A stretch of DNA of 64,000 nt. Origin: Dehalococcoidia bacterium (GTDB lineage Bacteria > Chloroflexota > Dehalococcoidia > Lucifugimonadales > UBA3495). Location of the stretch: NCBI GenBank assembly GCA_003523055.1, contig DPHC01000002.1:282041-346040 (forward strand). The letters run 5' to 3'. Each line of letters opens with the position of its first letter. The stretch's first letter is position 1. The notes under the pieces were generated by a model, which was given only the letters and a program-made list of their open reading frames with translations, was not told the DNA's origin and ran no database searches. Shown one piece after another: positions 38,273 through 50,102 of the stretch. The position numbers and the translations under genes are program-made.

Positions 38273-39811
38273 ATGAAAAGTGATTTCTTTATCGCATTAA
38301 CTCAGTTGGCCTCCGAGCGCCATCTACCAAAAGAACAAGTGCTAGACGCAATTGAAGTAGCTTTAGCATCGGCATTTAAGAAAGATTACCCAGATTCCGC
38401 TGAAAACATCTCTGTGACTTTAGACCCGAACAGCGGGGACATCAATGTTTATGCAAAAAAAACAGTTGTAGAAGAAGTCTCCGATACAACTTCAGAAATC
38501 CAATATTCAGAAGCAATAAAGATTAAACCTGATAGTAATATTGGAGACGAAATATACACCAAAGAGCCTCTTTCGCATAACGCAAGTCGGATTGCAGCAC
38601 AAACTGCCAAGCAAGTAGTACTACAGAAACTTAGAGAAGCCGAAAGAGAACGATTATACGAAGAATTTTATCAACATAAAGACACTGTAATATCAGGTGT
38701 CATAGAGCAGGTAGATCCTGGAAAAGCTGTAATAGTCGAACTTGGTAGAGCACAAGCTGTCATGCCTAATGACGAGCAAGTGTATATTGAACGCTATCGC
38801 AAAGGACAACGAACAAAAGTATTTGTTGTGGATGTTAGGAATTCAGCAAAAGGTCCTGCAATTATTGTGTCTCGGAGCCATCCAGACCTCTTAAAACGAC
38901 TATTCGAACTTGAAGTGCCAGAGATAAATGGTGGTGCTGTTTCTATACAGGCAGTAGCAAGAGAAGCAGGGTCCAGGAGTAAAATAGCTGTAAGCACCAA
39001 TCAGGATGGAATTGACCCTGTTGGCTCATGTATTGGGGTACGGGGTAATAGAATTCAAAGTATTGTTAACGAGCTTCAAGGCGAAAAGATCGACGTAGTC
39101 CAATGGGACACAGACCCTAAGGTTTTTATATCTAGATCTATCAGCCCATCTGAAGTATTACATGTAGAATTGTCTCCTACTGAACCAACTGCAATAGTAG
39201 TAGTTCCAGACAAACAGTTATCCCTTGCTATCGGTAAAGATGGCCAAAATGCTAGATTAGCAGCCAGATTGACCGGATGGAAACTAGACATCAAAGGCAA
39301 TCTAGAATGGGAAGAGAAAAGAAAAGAATTAGAAGCGATAGCACAAAAGAAACGTGAAGAACTAGCCGCAGCAGAGGTATTGGTTCCAACAAAAGAACCT
39401 ATAGCGGAGGAGAAACCTGAAGAGGTTTTAGTCGCGCAACAAACGTCATTGGTAGATGAACAACCTGAGCCGGTTGTAGTTGAGCCAGCCGAAACTATAA
39501 CTCCAACCATATCCAAAGAAGATGAAGAGGCTATATTACAGGCTCTAATCCTTGAAGAAGAAGCCTCAGTACCAGAAATGCAAGAAGAGGCTGTTGAAGA
39601 AGGATTATCAATAGAATCATTGGACGGATTCATTCTAGAAGATATTGGAGATGATGATGATTCGGGACCAAGCATAGATTTTCCTCAACTGGGCCAAAAT
39701 TCAGGATTAATCAGATTCGCTGAAGATATTGTCGCAGATGATGAAAGATCAGGTCCTAGAAGACGTGGTGGCAACAGGCCAAATAACCAACCAAAGCGAA
39801 CACGCAGGTAG
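38273..39811 (+). CDS. nusA: transcription termination/antitermination factor NusA with long acidic low-complexity C-terminal extension
   Basis: 512 aa. It has the N-terminal domain, an S1 domain (ISGVIEQVD) and KH domains (GVRGNRIQSIVNEL, AIGKDGQNARLAARLTGWKLDI). The tail is E/P/V-rich and ends RRRGGNRPNNQPKRTRR. Confidence 0.95.
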   Translation: MKSDFFIALTQLASERHLPKEQVLDAIEVALASAFKKDYPDSAENISVTLDPNSGDINVYAKKTVVEEVSDTTSEIQYSEAIKIKPDSNIGDEIYTKEPLSHNASRIAAQTAKQVVLQKLREAERERLYEEFYQHKDTVISGVIEQVDPGKAVIVELGRAQAVMPNDEQVYIERYRKGQRTKVFVVDVRNSAKGPAIIVSRSHPDLLKRLFELEVPEINGGAVSIQAVAREAGSRSKIAVSTNQDGIDPVGSCIGVRGNRIQSIVNELQGEKIDVVQWDTDPKVFISRSISPSEVLHVELSPTEPTAIVVVPDKQLSLAIGKDGQNARLAARLTGWKLDIKGNLEWEEKRKELEAIAQKKREELAAAEVLVPTKEPIAEEKPEEVLVAQQTSLVDEQPEPVVVEPAETITPTISKEDEEAILQALILEEEASVPEMQEEAVEEGLSIESLDGFILEDIGDDDDSGPSIDFPQLGQNSGLIRFAEDIVADDERSGPRRRGGNRPNNQPKRTRR

Positions 39812-39911
39812 TTAGTTAGACACAGGACACAACCATGAACCCGAAATATGTGTGTCTCTGAGCAAATATACCCGTAATTTAGCTATATATTCTTAAAAGT
39901 TATGGAGAATC

Positions 39912-41669
39912 ATGAATTCAAATGACACTGAAAATAAGAAACTTACTAGGACTTTAATCTTACCTGAAACCATCTCAGTTAAAAACTTAGCTGATCTGAT
40001 AGATGAAGATCCCATAGACGTGATAAAACAGCTGATGAGAAACGGTATAATGGCAGGTATGAACCAAGTGGTTGATCATCAAGTAGCCAGATTGATAACT
40101 AATGTTTACGGTATTTCTGCAAGATATGTAGAACCTAAAACGTCAGAACTAAAAATTACATCTGCAACTAGTAGTAACACAGAATTACCAGTTCGACCTC
40201 CAGTTGTGACTATTTTAGGACACGTCGATCATGGCAAAACATCTTTGTTAGATAAAATTCGCGAAAGCCATATCGCCGACAAAGAACTTGGAGGTATCAC
40301 GCAACACATCGGCGCTTACCAAGTATCATATGAAAGTAAAACTATAACTTTCCTAGATACTCCTGGCCATGCAGCATTCACTTCAATAAGATCTCGTGGA
40401 GTTAGATTAACTGACATAGCAGTACTTGTAGTTGCAGCAGATGACGGGATAATGCCTCAAACGATTGAAGCAATTAACCATGCTAAAGCCGCAGACGTGC
40501 CATTGATTGTAGCAATGAATAAAATCGATACTCCTGGTGCAGACACTGACAAAATAAAACGTCAATTAAGTGAAGAAGAATTACTAGTGGAAGAATGGGG
40601 TGGAGAAGTTATAGCGGTTCCTGTATCTGCTATGACAGGAGAAGGAATAGAGAATCTTCTAGAAAACATACTGCTAGTATCTGAAATCTTAGAACTTCGC
40701 GCAAACCCAGATTCTCTCGCTACTGGTGTTGTCATAGAAGCAAAATTAGATAAACAAAAAGGGCCAACTGCAACTGTCTTGATACAAGAAGGGTCATTGA
40801 AAATTGGCGACTATATATTTGCCGGTAACGTCTGGGGAAGAGTCAAAGCCCTTAGTAACCATCTTAATGAATCTATGACTTCGGCTACCCCAGGCACGCC
40901 TGTGGAAATATTAGGGTTCAATGGAGTGCCTGAGGCCGGAGTACTTATGAAAGTAGCATCTTCAGAAAAAGAAGTTAAGGCACTTATAACAAAATCCAAT
41001 GATAATCATAATAGTTTAGCATCCAAAACTCTAACGTTAAACGAAGTAGCGAAAAAGATAGATTCCGGTGAATTAAAAACTTTAAATCTTGTATTGAAAG
41101 CTGATGTCCAAGGCAGTTTGGAAGCGGTATCACAGTCAATTCAATCGCTAGAATCTGAGCAAGTACAAATCCAAGTAATCCATTCCGCAAGTGGCGCTAT
41201 AAATGAATCTGACATATTATTGGCCGGGGCGTCAGACGCAGTCATTTTAGGTTTCTCATTACCAGAAGACCCCAATATGCTTAAAATAGCAGAACGAGCG
41301 GGGATAGAGATCCGATATTACAATATAATCTACCAACTATTAGAAGACATGCAAAAAGCAGTAGATGGAATGATAGAACTAGAAGTAGAAGAAATATACT
41401 TAGGCAAAGTAGAAATCAGAGAAATATTCCCTGGCAAGAAAAACACGGCCATAGCCGGTTGCAGGGTGATTGACGGCAAAATAGTCAAAAATGCCATGGC
41501 CCGAATATTAAGAGCCGAGCAAGTCATTGATGATTGTCCTATTATAAGCCTCAGGCATTTTAGAGATGAAGTAAATGAAATAACAACAGGAATGGAATGT
41601 GGGATCCAGTTAGGTAACTTCAATGACTATGCAGAAGGCGACATATTAGAAATTCATCGCCAGAAATAG
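39912..41669 (+). CDS. infB: translation initiation factor IF-2 (short form)
   Basis: 585 aa. G-domain motifs are [17 protein letters not shown] and NKID, followed by C-terminal IF-2 domains. Confidence 0.96.
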   Translation: MNSNDTENKKLTRTLILPETISVKNLADLIDEDPIDVIKQLMRNGIMAGMNQVVDHQVARLITNVYGISARYVEPKTSELKITSATSSNTELPVRPPVVTILGHVDHGKTSLLDKIRESHIADKELGGITQHIGAYQVSYESKTITFLDTPGHAAFTSIRSRGVRLTDIAVLVVAADDGIMPQTIEAINHAKAADVPLIVAMNKIDTPGADTDKIKRQLSEEELLVEEWGGEVIAVPVSAMTGEGIENLLENILLVSEILELRANPDSLATGVVIEAKLDKQKGPTATVLIQEGSLKIGDYIFAGNVWGRVKALSNHLNESMTSATPGTPVEILGFNGVPEAGVLMKVASSEKEVKALITKSNDNHNSLASKTLTLNEVAKKIDSGELKTLNLVLKADVQGSLEAVSQSIQSLESEQVQIQVIHSASGAINESDILLAGASDAVILGFSLPEDPNMLKIAERAGIEIRYYNIIYQLLEDMQKAVDGMIELEVEEIYLGKVEIREIFPGKKNTAIAGCRVIDGKIVKNAMARILRAEQVIDDCPIISLRHFRDEVNEITTGMECGIQLGNFNDYAEGDILEIHRQK

Positions 41670-41698
41670 CTCCTCAATAACGAGAAAAGATAGATGTT

Positions 41699-42046
41699 AT
41701 GAATAGAAGATTAGAACGAATCAATGAGACCATCAGAACTGAATTGGGAAACCTTCTACTAAAAGACGTCAGCGATCCAAGGTTGTCTGGCATAATCACA
41801 ATAACTGAAGTAAATACGTCTCCAGATCTTAGAAATGCGCAAGTGTTCTTGAGCGTTTTGGGCGATGAAACTCTCCAAAACGAAGCCTTAGAAGGAATGA
41901 AATCCGCAGCAAGTTATTTGAGGCGATCTTTAAGGGATCGGTTACTACTAAGAAATACCCCGTTTTTAACATTCAAACTTGATCATTCCGCAGCGGTTGG
42001 AGATAAGTTGTTAAAATTGATCAAAAAGGCGAATTCACATAATTAA
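41699..42046 (+). CDS. rbfA: ribosome-binding factor A
   Basis: 115 aa. It begins RRLERINETIRTELGNLL and has the VFLSVLGD pattern. Its position between infB and truB is the conserved one. Confidence 0.93.
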   Translation: MNRRLERINETIRTELGNLLLKDVSDPRLSGIITITEVNTSPDLRNAQVFLSVLGDETLQNEALEGMKSAASYLRRSLRDRLLLRNTPFLTFKLDHSAAVGDKLLKLIKKANSHN

Positions 42047-42077
42047 ATTAATTACGCAAGTTCCTTAATTAATAGAT

Positions 42078-42983
42078 ATGATTAATGGATTCATAAATAT
42101 TTACAAACCAACTGGCATAACTTCAATGGACGTCATCCGGCAAGTCAAACGGCCTTACGGGAAAAACAACATAAAAGTCGGACACTGTGGCACTTTAGAT
42201 CCTTTAGCTGAGGGAGTCTTACCTTTGGCAATTGGCAATGCATCTAGGCTGGCCGAATACGTAGTGAATGGAGAAAAAACGTATTTCGCAGAGATAACTT
42301 TAGGAGGAGAAACTGCTACATACGACGCAGAATCCCCGATCTTAAACAAAAAACCAACAGATCACATTAATGCCGAAATGATAAGTTCAGTATTATCAGA
42401 ATTTGTAGGAGATATATATCAGAAACCTCCTATTTATAGCGCTTTAAAATACCAGGGTAAAAGATTATATGATTTTGCAAGAAAAAACATTGATGTGGAT
42501 ATACCTTCTCGCAAAGTCACGGTCTCAGCGATAGAATTACTTTCCTACGATTGTTCCAAGTTAGAACTCAGAGTGACTTGCGGCAAAGGAACATATATAA
42601 GGTCTATCGCACACGATTTAGGAACCTTATTGGGATGTGGAGCATATCTCCAAAAATTAATCAGAGAATCTTGTTCCAATTTCACTCACTTAGACGCTAT
42701 TCACCTGGCAGATTTAACCAAAATGTTAATAATTGATCCTGATTCGTTAGCTCAACATCTAATCCCCATAGACACCGCGATGAAACATTTTCCCAAAATA
42801 TGTGTCCCTGAAGTGATTGCCAAAAGATTCAAAAACGGAATGGAAATAGATCTAACTCACATACTAACTCAATTTGACCACAATGCGATATTTAGAACAT
42901 ATGATCCTCATGGTTCATTTTGTGCGGTTTCAACTCTTAATCCACTTTCTGGGAAGTTGAAACCAGTAAAAGTTTTTCTTTAA
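42078..42983 (+). CDS. truB: tRNA pseudouridine(55) synthase
   Basis: 301 aa. The catalytic motif is HCGTLDPLAEGVLPL. It also has GTYIRS. Confidence 0.94.
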   Translation: MINGFINIYKPTGITSMDVIRQVKRPYGKNNIKVGHCGTLDPLAEGVLPLAIGNASRLAEYVVNGEKTYFAEITLGGETATYDAESPILNKKPTDHINAEMISSVLSEFVGDIYQKPPIYSALKYQGKRLYDFARKNIDVDIPSRKVTVSAIELLSYDCSKLELRVTCGKGTYIRSIAHDLGTLLGCGAYLQKLIRESCSNFTHLDAIHLADLTKMLIIDPDSLAQHLIPIDTAMKHFPKICVPEVIAKRFKNGMEIDLTHILTQFDHNAIFRTYDPHGSFCAVSTLNPLSGKLKPVKVFL

Positions 42984-43153
42984 TAACTATATTTGTTCAA
43001 AAAAATCACGAAATGACACTTTGTAGTTGATTAACTTGTGCTCATTTCGTAACATATGCTCCATAGTGGTATCGTGTTTTTTCAGAGGCTCTGATTCTAT
43101 GATACCTTACTATGTCGGAAACATTCAGAAAATAATACCTACAAGGAGGAGAA

Positions 43154-43297
43154 ATGGAAGCATACTGTTTTAAATGCAGGGAAAAAAAAGAAATCCAAAA
43201 TCCTACTGCTGTAACATTAAAAAACGGCCGACCAGCAACTCAGGGAACTTGCGGTGTCTGTAGCACCAAATTGTTCAGAATAGGTAAATCTTCGTAA
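43154..43297 (+). CDS. small zinc-ribbon protein, DUF5679-like (47 aa; below the ORF-track cutoff)
   Basis: The product is MEAYCFKCREKKEIQNPTAVTLKNGRPATQGTCGVCSTKLFRIGKSS, with a strong AAGGAGGAG SD 4 nt upstream. The CxxC...CxxC pattern with a LKNGRPA core matches my memory of DUF5679 proteins. Confidence 0.75.
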   Translation: MEAYCFKCREKKEIQNPTAVTLKNGRPATQGTCGVCSTKLFRIGKSS

Positions 43298-43345
43298 GTA
43301 GGAACATTATTTACGGGATAACTAATATCCCGTAAATAATGCGAT

Positions 43346-43699
43346 ATGTTTTCAAATCCAACCATGAAAGATAGTGAATTGTGTTTGAAATGCTCCAAAT
43401 CCTTGCACAACAAACCCAAATTCATCGTACTAAATAAAACACTTACCATAGAAACAATGAAATCCATAAGCTTTCTATGTACCATTTGTTATATAACTAA
43501 CAAGAACCTATTGAAGCGCAGTGTAATAGTGGCCACAGTTGTTGGTACTATATTAAATTTACTTAATTATGGTAATTCTATAGGCACAATTACCATAACT
43601 TTATTTTTAGTTGTCAAAATGTCATTAAATTACTTTGTACCGTTCTTAGTCTCTTTTACTACTAGTTTTATGGCTAGCCGCAGTAAAAGTCCTGATTAG
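43346..43699 (+). CDS. small membrane protein, NrtS-like C-terminal TM domain with N-terminal CxxC-x27-CxxC ribbon
   Basis: 117 aa. The ribbon cysteines are CLKC...CTIC. RSVIVATVVGTILNLLNYG...LNYFVPFLVS resembles the putative nitrate/nitrite transporter NrtS family. Its 3' end overlaps lexA by 4 nt in convergent orientation. Confidence 0.5.
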   Translation: MFSNPTMKDSELCLKCSKSLHNKPKFIVLNKTLTIETMKSISFLCTICYITNKNLLKRSVIVATVVGTILNLLNYGNSIGTITITLFLVVKMSLNYFVPFLVSFTTSFMASRSKSPD

Positions 43700-44346
43700 G
43701 TATATTGCCTTACAACGCTTACAACTGTACCTCTGATGCTAATATTATCTGCTGCGACAAATATTGGTGCCATCGTACTATTTGAAGGTTGTAACCGAAT
43801 TACACCATGCGGGTGAAAGTAAATCTTTTTAAGAGTAGCTTCTTCTTCCTGGACTAACCAAGCAACGACTGTCTGACCATTTTCTGCTTGTGGTCCAGAT
43901 TTTACAATTACAACATCACCATCGTCGATACAAGAATCTATCATAGATGTACCTTCAACTCGTAATCCGTATAATAAATCTTGGTGTTGTTGACCTGGTG
44001 GTAAATCTATATACTCTGCAGATTCAACATCAGCCAAAACGTCTCCAAAAACTGGTAATGGAGATCCTGCAGCAATTTTACCCAATACTGGAATTCTAGT
44101 TGTCTTAAAGGAATTACTCGCATCTTTACCATCAAGTAACTCTATGCCTCTTGCTATATCCTTGCGTCTGCTTATAAACCCGCGTTTTTCTAATATTTTT
44201 AAATTGTAGTCTACAACTGAAGTAGAACTAATGTTGCAAATTTTTTGTATATCCCTAACAGTCGGGGGGAAATCATTTTCTTTCGCAAACGAACCTATAC
44301 CATCAAGGATATCTGTTTGTTTCTTAGATAACGAAGTTGCTACCAT
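43696..44346 (-). CDS. lexA: LexA repressor (S24 peptidase)
   Basis: 216 aa. It has an N-terminal winged HTH (PPTVRDIQKICNISSTSVVDYNLKILEKRGFI), a cleavage-site region (AAG) and the catalytic VEGTSM plus a downstream Lys. AAGGTGG is the SD. Confidence 0.93.
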   Translation of the reverse strand: MVATSLSKKQTDILDGIGSFAKENDFPPTVRDIQKICNISSTSVVDYNLKILEKRGFISRRKDIARGIELLDGKDASNSFKTTRIPVLGKIAAGSPLPVFGDVLADVESAEYIDLPPGQQHQDLLYGLRVEGTSMIDSCIDDGDVVIVKSGPQAENGQTVVAWLVQEEEATLKKIYFHPHGVIRLQPSNSTMAPIFVAADNISIRGTVVSVVRQYT

Positions 44347-44362
44347 ATTTTACCACCTTTAT

Positions 44363-44376
44363 AAAACATATGTTCT
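44363..44376 (-). promoter_or_regulatory. SOS (LexA) box upstream of lexA
   Basis: The minus strand reads AGAACATATGTTTT (GAAC-N4-GTTT), a Gram-positive/Cheo-type box. It lies immediately upstream of the lexA SD. Confidence 0.7.
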
Positions 44377-44444
44377 AATTAGTGTACCACATAAATGAAG
44401 AGGCTACATCTGTAGTAGGTGTTAAAACAAGTAGTGAAAGTTGT

Positions 44445-44705
44445 TTATATGGACTTTGAGGAGGCGATCAATCGAGACTTAGTTCTTGCAGCAGTGTTCT
44501 TATGTATAAGTTTTTTTCCTGCTATTTTATCAAGTTGTTTCACGGCCTTTGCTACTAATAAATCCACGTCTTCTTTTGAATCGTTATTAGTTATTGCTTT
44601 TTTTGCAGCACCAATTACAGTTCTTGTCTCACTAATGATACTGTGGTTACGGACCTGCTTTACTCTAGATCGTTTATTTGCTTTCTCAGCGGACATATTA
44701 GTCAC
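44445..44705 (-). CDS. rpsT: 30S ribosomal protein S20
   Basis: 86 aa, basic. KANKRSRVKQVRNHSIISETRT...KKLIHKNTAARTKSRL is typical of S20. Confidence 0.92.
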   Translation of the reverse strand: MTNMSAEKANKRSRVKQVRNHSIISETRTVIGAAKKAITNNDSKEDVDLLVAKAVKQLDKIAGKKLIHKNTAARTKSRLIASSKSI

Positions 44706-44762
44706 CTTTTTCTAAACTGCTATAAGTATACAGTAAATTTCAATATACTGCATTGCATGCCC

Positions 44763-46700
<1,938 letters not shown>

Positions 46701-46815
46701 TCAACGGCTGGGTTGTTAAATTTCCTATTCACGTGTTTTCCCAAATGAGGAACAACCATATATAATTCTATCAAAAATACCACCAATACAGTGGAACTTA
46801 TTGTCACTTGTAAAC

Positions 46816-47259
46816 TCAGTATTCTTGATTTGGGGAAGAATCCCAAAAATAAATGCCTTCTATGTATGATTTTATAGCGTATTGTATTGGCATAAACAAA
46901 GGCTTTGGCAGTTTATCCAAATCAAACCACCCATATTGATAAAATTTCTCAGGTTCCTTTATTTGTGGTTTTTGATCTTTCGGTAATTGACACATAAATT
47001 CTATATCTACATAGTGGACATCATAATCAATAACATTAGACACACATAAATAATGCAAGTTACTTAACGTGAGACCAAATTCTTCATTAGCTTCTCTAAT
47101 CGCGCATTCCTTAAAACTTTCACCAAATTCAAGGTGCCCTCCTGTAGAACCCCAATATCCGTCAGCATGAGACGCCTTTCTTTTTGCTAAAAATATTTTA
47201 TCTTTTGAAAAAATTAAAGTGCCGACTCCAACACGAACATCTGCCATCATTAGATTCAC
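46816..47259 (-). CDS. NUDIX hydrolase
   Basis: 147 aa. The Nudix box is GGHLEFGESFKECAIREANEEFGL. Confidence 0.85.
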   Translation of the reverse strand: MNLMMADVRVGVGTLIFSKDKIFLAKRKASHADGYWGSTGGHLEFGESFKECAIREANEEFGLTLSNLHYLCVSNVIDYDVHYVDIEFMCQLPKDQKPQIKEPEKFYQYGWFDLDKLPKPLFMPIQYAIKSYIEGIYFWDSSPNQEY

Positions 47260-47455
47260 CTATTTGATTATTTTAGTGTTATTATAAGATGTCTGAGTGT
47301 GTAATGTTGCAAGTTAATCACTCTATTGAAATCGAAACTGTAAGAATGAATGAATCACTTTATAAAGTTCAATAACATAGGCTGTTTTAAATGCAACCTA
47401 CACATCCAATCAAACATTTAAGATATTTATAAAACTAAATCAATGTGCAAATATT

Positions 47456-48460
47456 ATGAAGCAAAGAATATTAACAGGTATACGACCAACTGGAAAATTG
47501 CATTTAGGTCATTATGTTGGCGCTCTTGAAAATTGGATACGCTTACAAAGTGAATATGACTGTTATTTCCTCATAGCTGATTATCAAGCTCTTGGTGATC
47601 ATATTGATGAAATGGACAACATTAAGCTTGCAGTTAGAGATGTAGTGTTAGATTGGTTAAGTGTTGGATTGGATCCTCAAATATCCACATTTATAGTACA
47701 AAGCTATGTGCCGGAGCATGCAGAACTAGCCATGCTCCTTTCAATGTTAACTCCATTGGGCATGCTTGATAGGAACCCTACATTGAAATCGGAGAGAGAG
47801 AGGATTTCTACCACCAGTTTATCTGTAGGATTCTATACATATCCTGTAAGCCAAGTAGCAGATATATTACTACCCAAGGCAAATTTGGTACCAGTAGGAG
47901 AAGATCAATTACCGCATATTGAAATGACTAGAGAGATAGCCAGAAGATTTAATAACCGCTATGGAGAGGTCTTCCCTGAACCCGATAGCTTAGTAGGCCG
48001 AGTAGCCCGGTTACTAGGAACTGATGGGCAATCTAAAATGAGCAAAAGCATCGGCAATGTCATCTATTTGTCTGATGATTCAGAGACAGTGACAAAAAAA
48101 ATTATGTCTATGTACACTGATCCAACCAGGTTACGGGCTACTGATCCAGGGCACGTTGAAGGTAACCCTGTTTTCCAATACCATGACGCATTTAATGCAA
48201 ATGCCGAGGAAGTGAGCGATCTCAAAGAACGATACCTATTAGGGAAAGTTGGAGATGTTGAGGTCAAACAAAAGTTAGTACTAGCAATAAATAGTTTCTT
48301 AGATCCTATTCGAGATATCAGGCACAAATATGAAAGCAATAATAATTTTGTTAATGAATGTATAAATTCAGGTTCAGAAAAGGCTCGAGAAACAGCTCAG
48401 GAAACAATGAAAGAAGTTAGAGAAAAAATGGGGTTGAAATATGATTCTCCATCTATTTAA
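47456..48460 (+). CDS. trpS: tryptophan--tRNA ligase
   Basis: 334 aa. Motifs are GIRPTGKLHLGHYVG (HIGH-type), GEDQLPH and KMSKS. Confidence 0.95.
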   Translation: MKQRILTGIRPTGKLHLGHYVGALENWIRLQSEYDCYFLIADYQALGDHIDEMDNIKLAVRDVVLDWLSVGLDPQISTFIVQSYVPEHAELAMLLSMLTPLGMLDRNPTLKSERERISTTSLSVGFYTYPVSQVADILLPKANLVPVGEDQLPHIEMTREIARRFNNRYGEVFPEPDSLVGRVARLLGTDGQSKMSKSIGNVIYLSDDSETVTKKIMSMYTDPTRLRATDPGHVEGNPVFQYHDAFNANAEEVSDLKERYLLGKVGDVEVKQKLVLAINSFLDPIRDIRHKYESNNNFVNECINSGSEKARETAQETMKEVREKMGLKYDSPSI

Positions 48461-48496
48461 CCAATTCAAAATACCAATGATTCAGAACAAAGAATC

Positions 48497-49327
48497 ATGA
48501 ACATTCCTCTTTCTAAAACCAACAAATCTGCACTCGAGGTCGCCAAAATAATAGCCACTCTATCAGGTGACATTATTTTAAAAAAATTCAATACTGAATT
48601 GGATATTAGCTTCAAAGGAAGAACTGATGTAGTAACTGACGCTGACCGGGAATCAGAAGAATCGGCAATTCAATGCATCCAGTCAGAATACCCAGATCAT
48701 AATATTTTATCAGAAGAATCAGACCCTTTTAATCAAGGCTCTCAATACACTTGGATTGTAGATCCAATTGACGGTACAAAAAATTACGCCTCCGGTATTC
48801 CCCATTTTTGTATAGTAGTAGCTTTAGGAAAAACTGACCCCATTAGCCAAACCATTGAAATAATAACGGCTGTCACATATGATCCAATACGTAAAGAAAT
48901 GTTTCATGCAGAAAAAGGACAAGGCGCTTTTTTAAATGGGCAACCATTAAACATTTCAAAAAAAACCAAGGTCATGGATTCAATACTGGGATTTGATTTG
49001 GGATACGTTGATGATAAGGCAACAACAGCACTTGAAATGATTACCAACGATTTGTGGCCAAATCTACAAGGATTCAGGCTTATGGGATCATCAGCGTTGG
49101 GGCTGGCATATGTAGCAAGCAATCGAATAGATCTTTATTTTCATCATTCATTATCTGCTTGGGATGTGGCTTCTGGTTTACTACTTATTAGAGAATCAGG
49201 TGGAGATATAGTAGATAAATTAGGCAATACAGCCAATATTTTCAGCGGAAGTATTATTGCTTCAAACAAAGCCATTCTAGAGGATTTCAGTAATATAACA
49301 AACAAATCTCCATGGAGGTTTGCTTAA
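48497..49327 (+). CDS. inositol monophosphatase family protein (SuhB/ImpA-like)
   Basis: 276 aa. Motifs are LSEES, WIVDPIDGTKNY and a C-terminal WDVASGLL. Confidence 0.88.
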   Translation: MNIPLSKTNKSALEVAKIIATLSGDIILKKFNTELDISFKGRTDVVTDADRESEESAIQCIQSEYPDHNILSEESDPFNQGSQYTWIVDPIDGTKNYASGIPHFCIVVALGKTDPISQTIEIITAVTYDPIRKEMFHAEKGQGAFLNGQPLNISKKTKVMDSILGFDLGYVDDKATTALEMITNDLWPNLQGFRLMGSSALGLAYVASNRIDLYFHHSLSAWDVASGLLLIRESGGDIVDKLGNTANIFSGSIIASNKAILEDFSNITNKSPWRFA

Positions 49328-49360
49328 GTTTCATACAATAACTAATAGCACTGAAAATTT

Positions 49361-49984
49361 ATGAATTTAACCACTCAATTAATAACTTATATTATCTTGT
49401 CATGTGCAACTGCATACCTGATGGGATGCATACCAACAGCCTATTTGATTGCAAAACGTAACGGGTTAGATATATTTGCTATAGGAACCAAATCTGCCGG
49501 CACAGCAAATGTGTATCGTAATATCAGTAGAAGCCAAGGCTTATTAGTTTTTGTGATTGATGTAACAAAGGGCGCACTCTCACTAGCGTTACCTTTGATT
49601 CTGGCTCTCCCAGAATTTACTTTGTTTTTGGCAGCTTTCTTTTCAGTAGCAGGCCATTGGAACTCCGTATTTACTGGCTTCAAGGGTGGCGACAGCATGG
49701 CAAGTATGCTTGGTATTATATTGGTGCTAATTCCAGGTGTTTCTGTGCTAGCAATTTTAATCGGATGTTTGTTTGTATTTATATGTAAGCGCTATAAGTA
49801 TCGTTCCTCCATCGGCCTCTTAATATGTTGCGGAATTTTGTTAACTCTAGCATTTTTCTCCGAAGGGAACATGTTTATTGCTTTCGGATTATTTCTGTTA
49901 TGCAATATAGTCATAGCTCACAATATATACAAAGGAATGAAGCTCAATTCAGTATTGCCAGTATCTAAAACTTTAGACCTTTAA
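49361..49984 (+). CDS. plsY: PlsY family glycerol-3-phosphate acyltransferase (divergent motif 1)
   Basis: 207 aa, polytopic. It has GCIPTAYLI, GTKSAGTANV in place of the usual GSGN-GATN, and AGHWNSVFTGFKGGDS (the H..P.F..FKGGKG-type motif). Confidence 0.75.
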   Translation: MNLTTQLITYIILSCATAYLMGCIPTAYLIAKRNGLDIFAIGTKSAGTANVYRNISRSQGLLVFVIDVTKGALSLALPLILALPEFTLFLAAFFSVAGHWNSVFTGFKGGDSMASMLGIILVLIPGVSVLAILIGCLFVFICKRYKYRSSIGLLICCGILLTLAFFSEGNMFIAFGLFLLCNIVIAHNIYKGMKLNSVLPVSKTLDL

Positions 49985-50025
49985 AGAGAAACTCCTCATA
50001 TTTTTTGAAAAACCCAAAAATATTA

Positions 50026-50062
50026 ACTCAAAAATAGTACCTAATTACTCAAAAAGTAGTAC
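50026..50062 (+). repeat. direct repeat ACTCAAAAA(G)TAGTAC x2 overlapping the promoter region of the glutaredoxin-like gene
   Basis: Copy 1 (50026-50040) is ACTCAAAAATAGTAC. Copy 2 (50047-50062) is ACTCAAAAAGTAGTAC. They repeat with a 21-nt period. A perfect TATAAT lies at 50067-50072. Confidence 0.5.
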
Positions 50063-50102
50063 TCTTTATAATTAAGAAGAATGAACTTTCCAAGGAGTTA
50101 TT

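Noticed and set aside
39076-39675. 199-aa minus-strand ORF rich in Ser
   Set aside because: It is antisense to the acidic low-complexity tail of nusA. GAA/GAG-rich coding DNA gives open TTC/CTC frames on the opposite strand.
39812-39911. Inverted repeat AGACACA...TGTGTCT and an 8-codon mini-ORF between nusA and infB
   Set aside because: The stem is 7 bp with a loop of about 24 nt and no U-tract. The mini-ORF has no SD and no informative codon content. It is probably insignificant, and there is no ylxR or L7Ae-type gene here.
43240-43485. 81-aa minus-strand ORF
   Set aside because: It overlaps the 3' end of the DUF5679-like gene and the 5' end of the NrtS-like gene. It has no SD and no recognisable motif.
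44419-44715. 98-aa plus-strand ORF
   Set aside because: It is antisense to rpsT, whose product is an unmistakable S20 sequence.
47260-47455. T-box or Trp-codon leader upstream of trpS
   Set aside because: There is no GGGTGGTACCGCG-like T-box sequence and no terminator hairpin. The only short ORF there contains no Trp codons.
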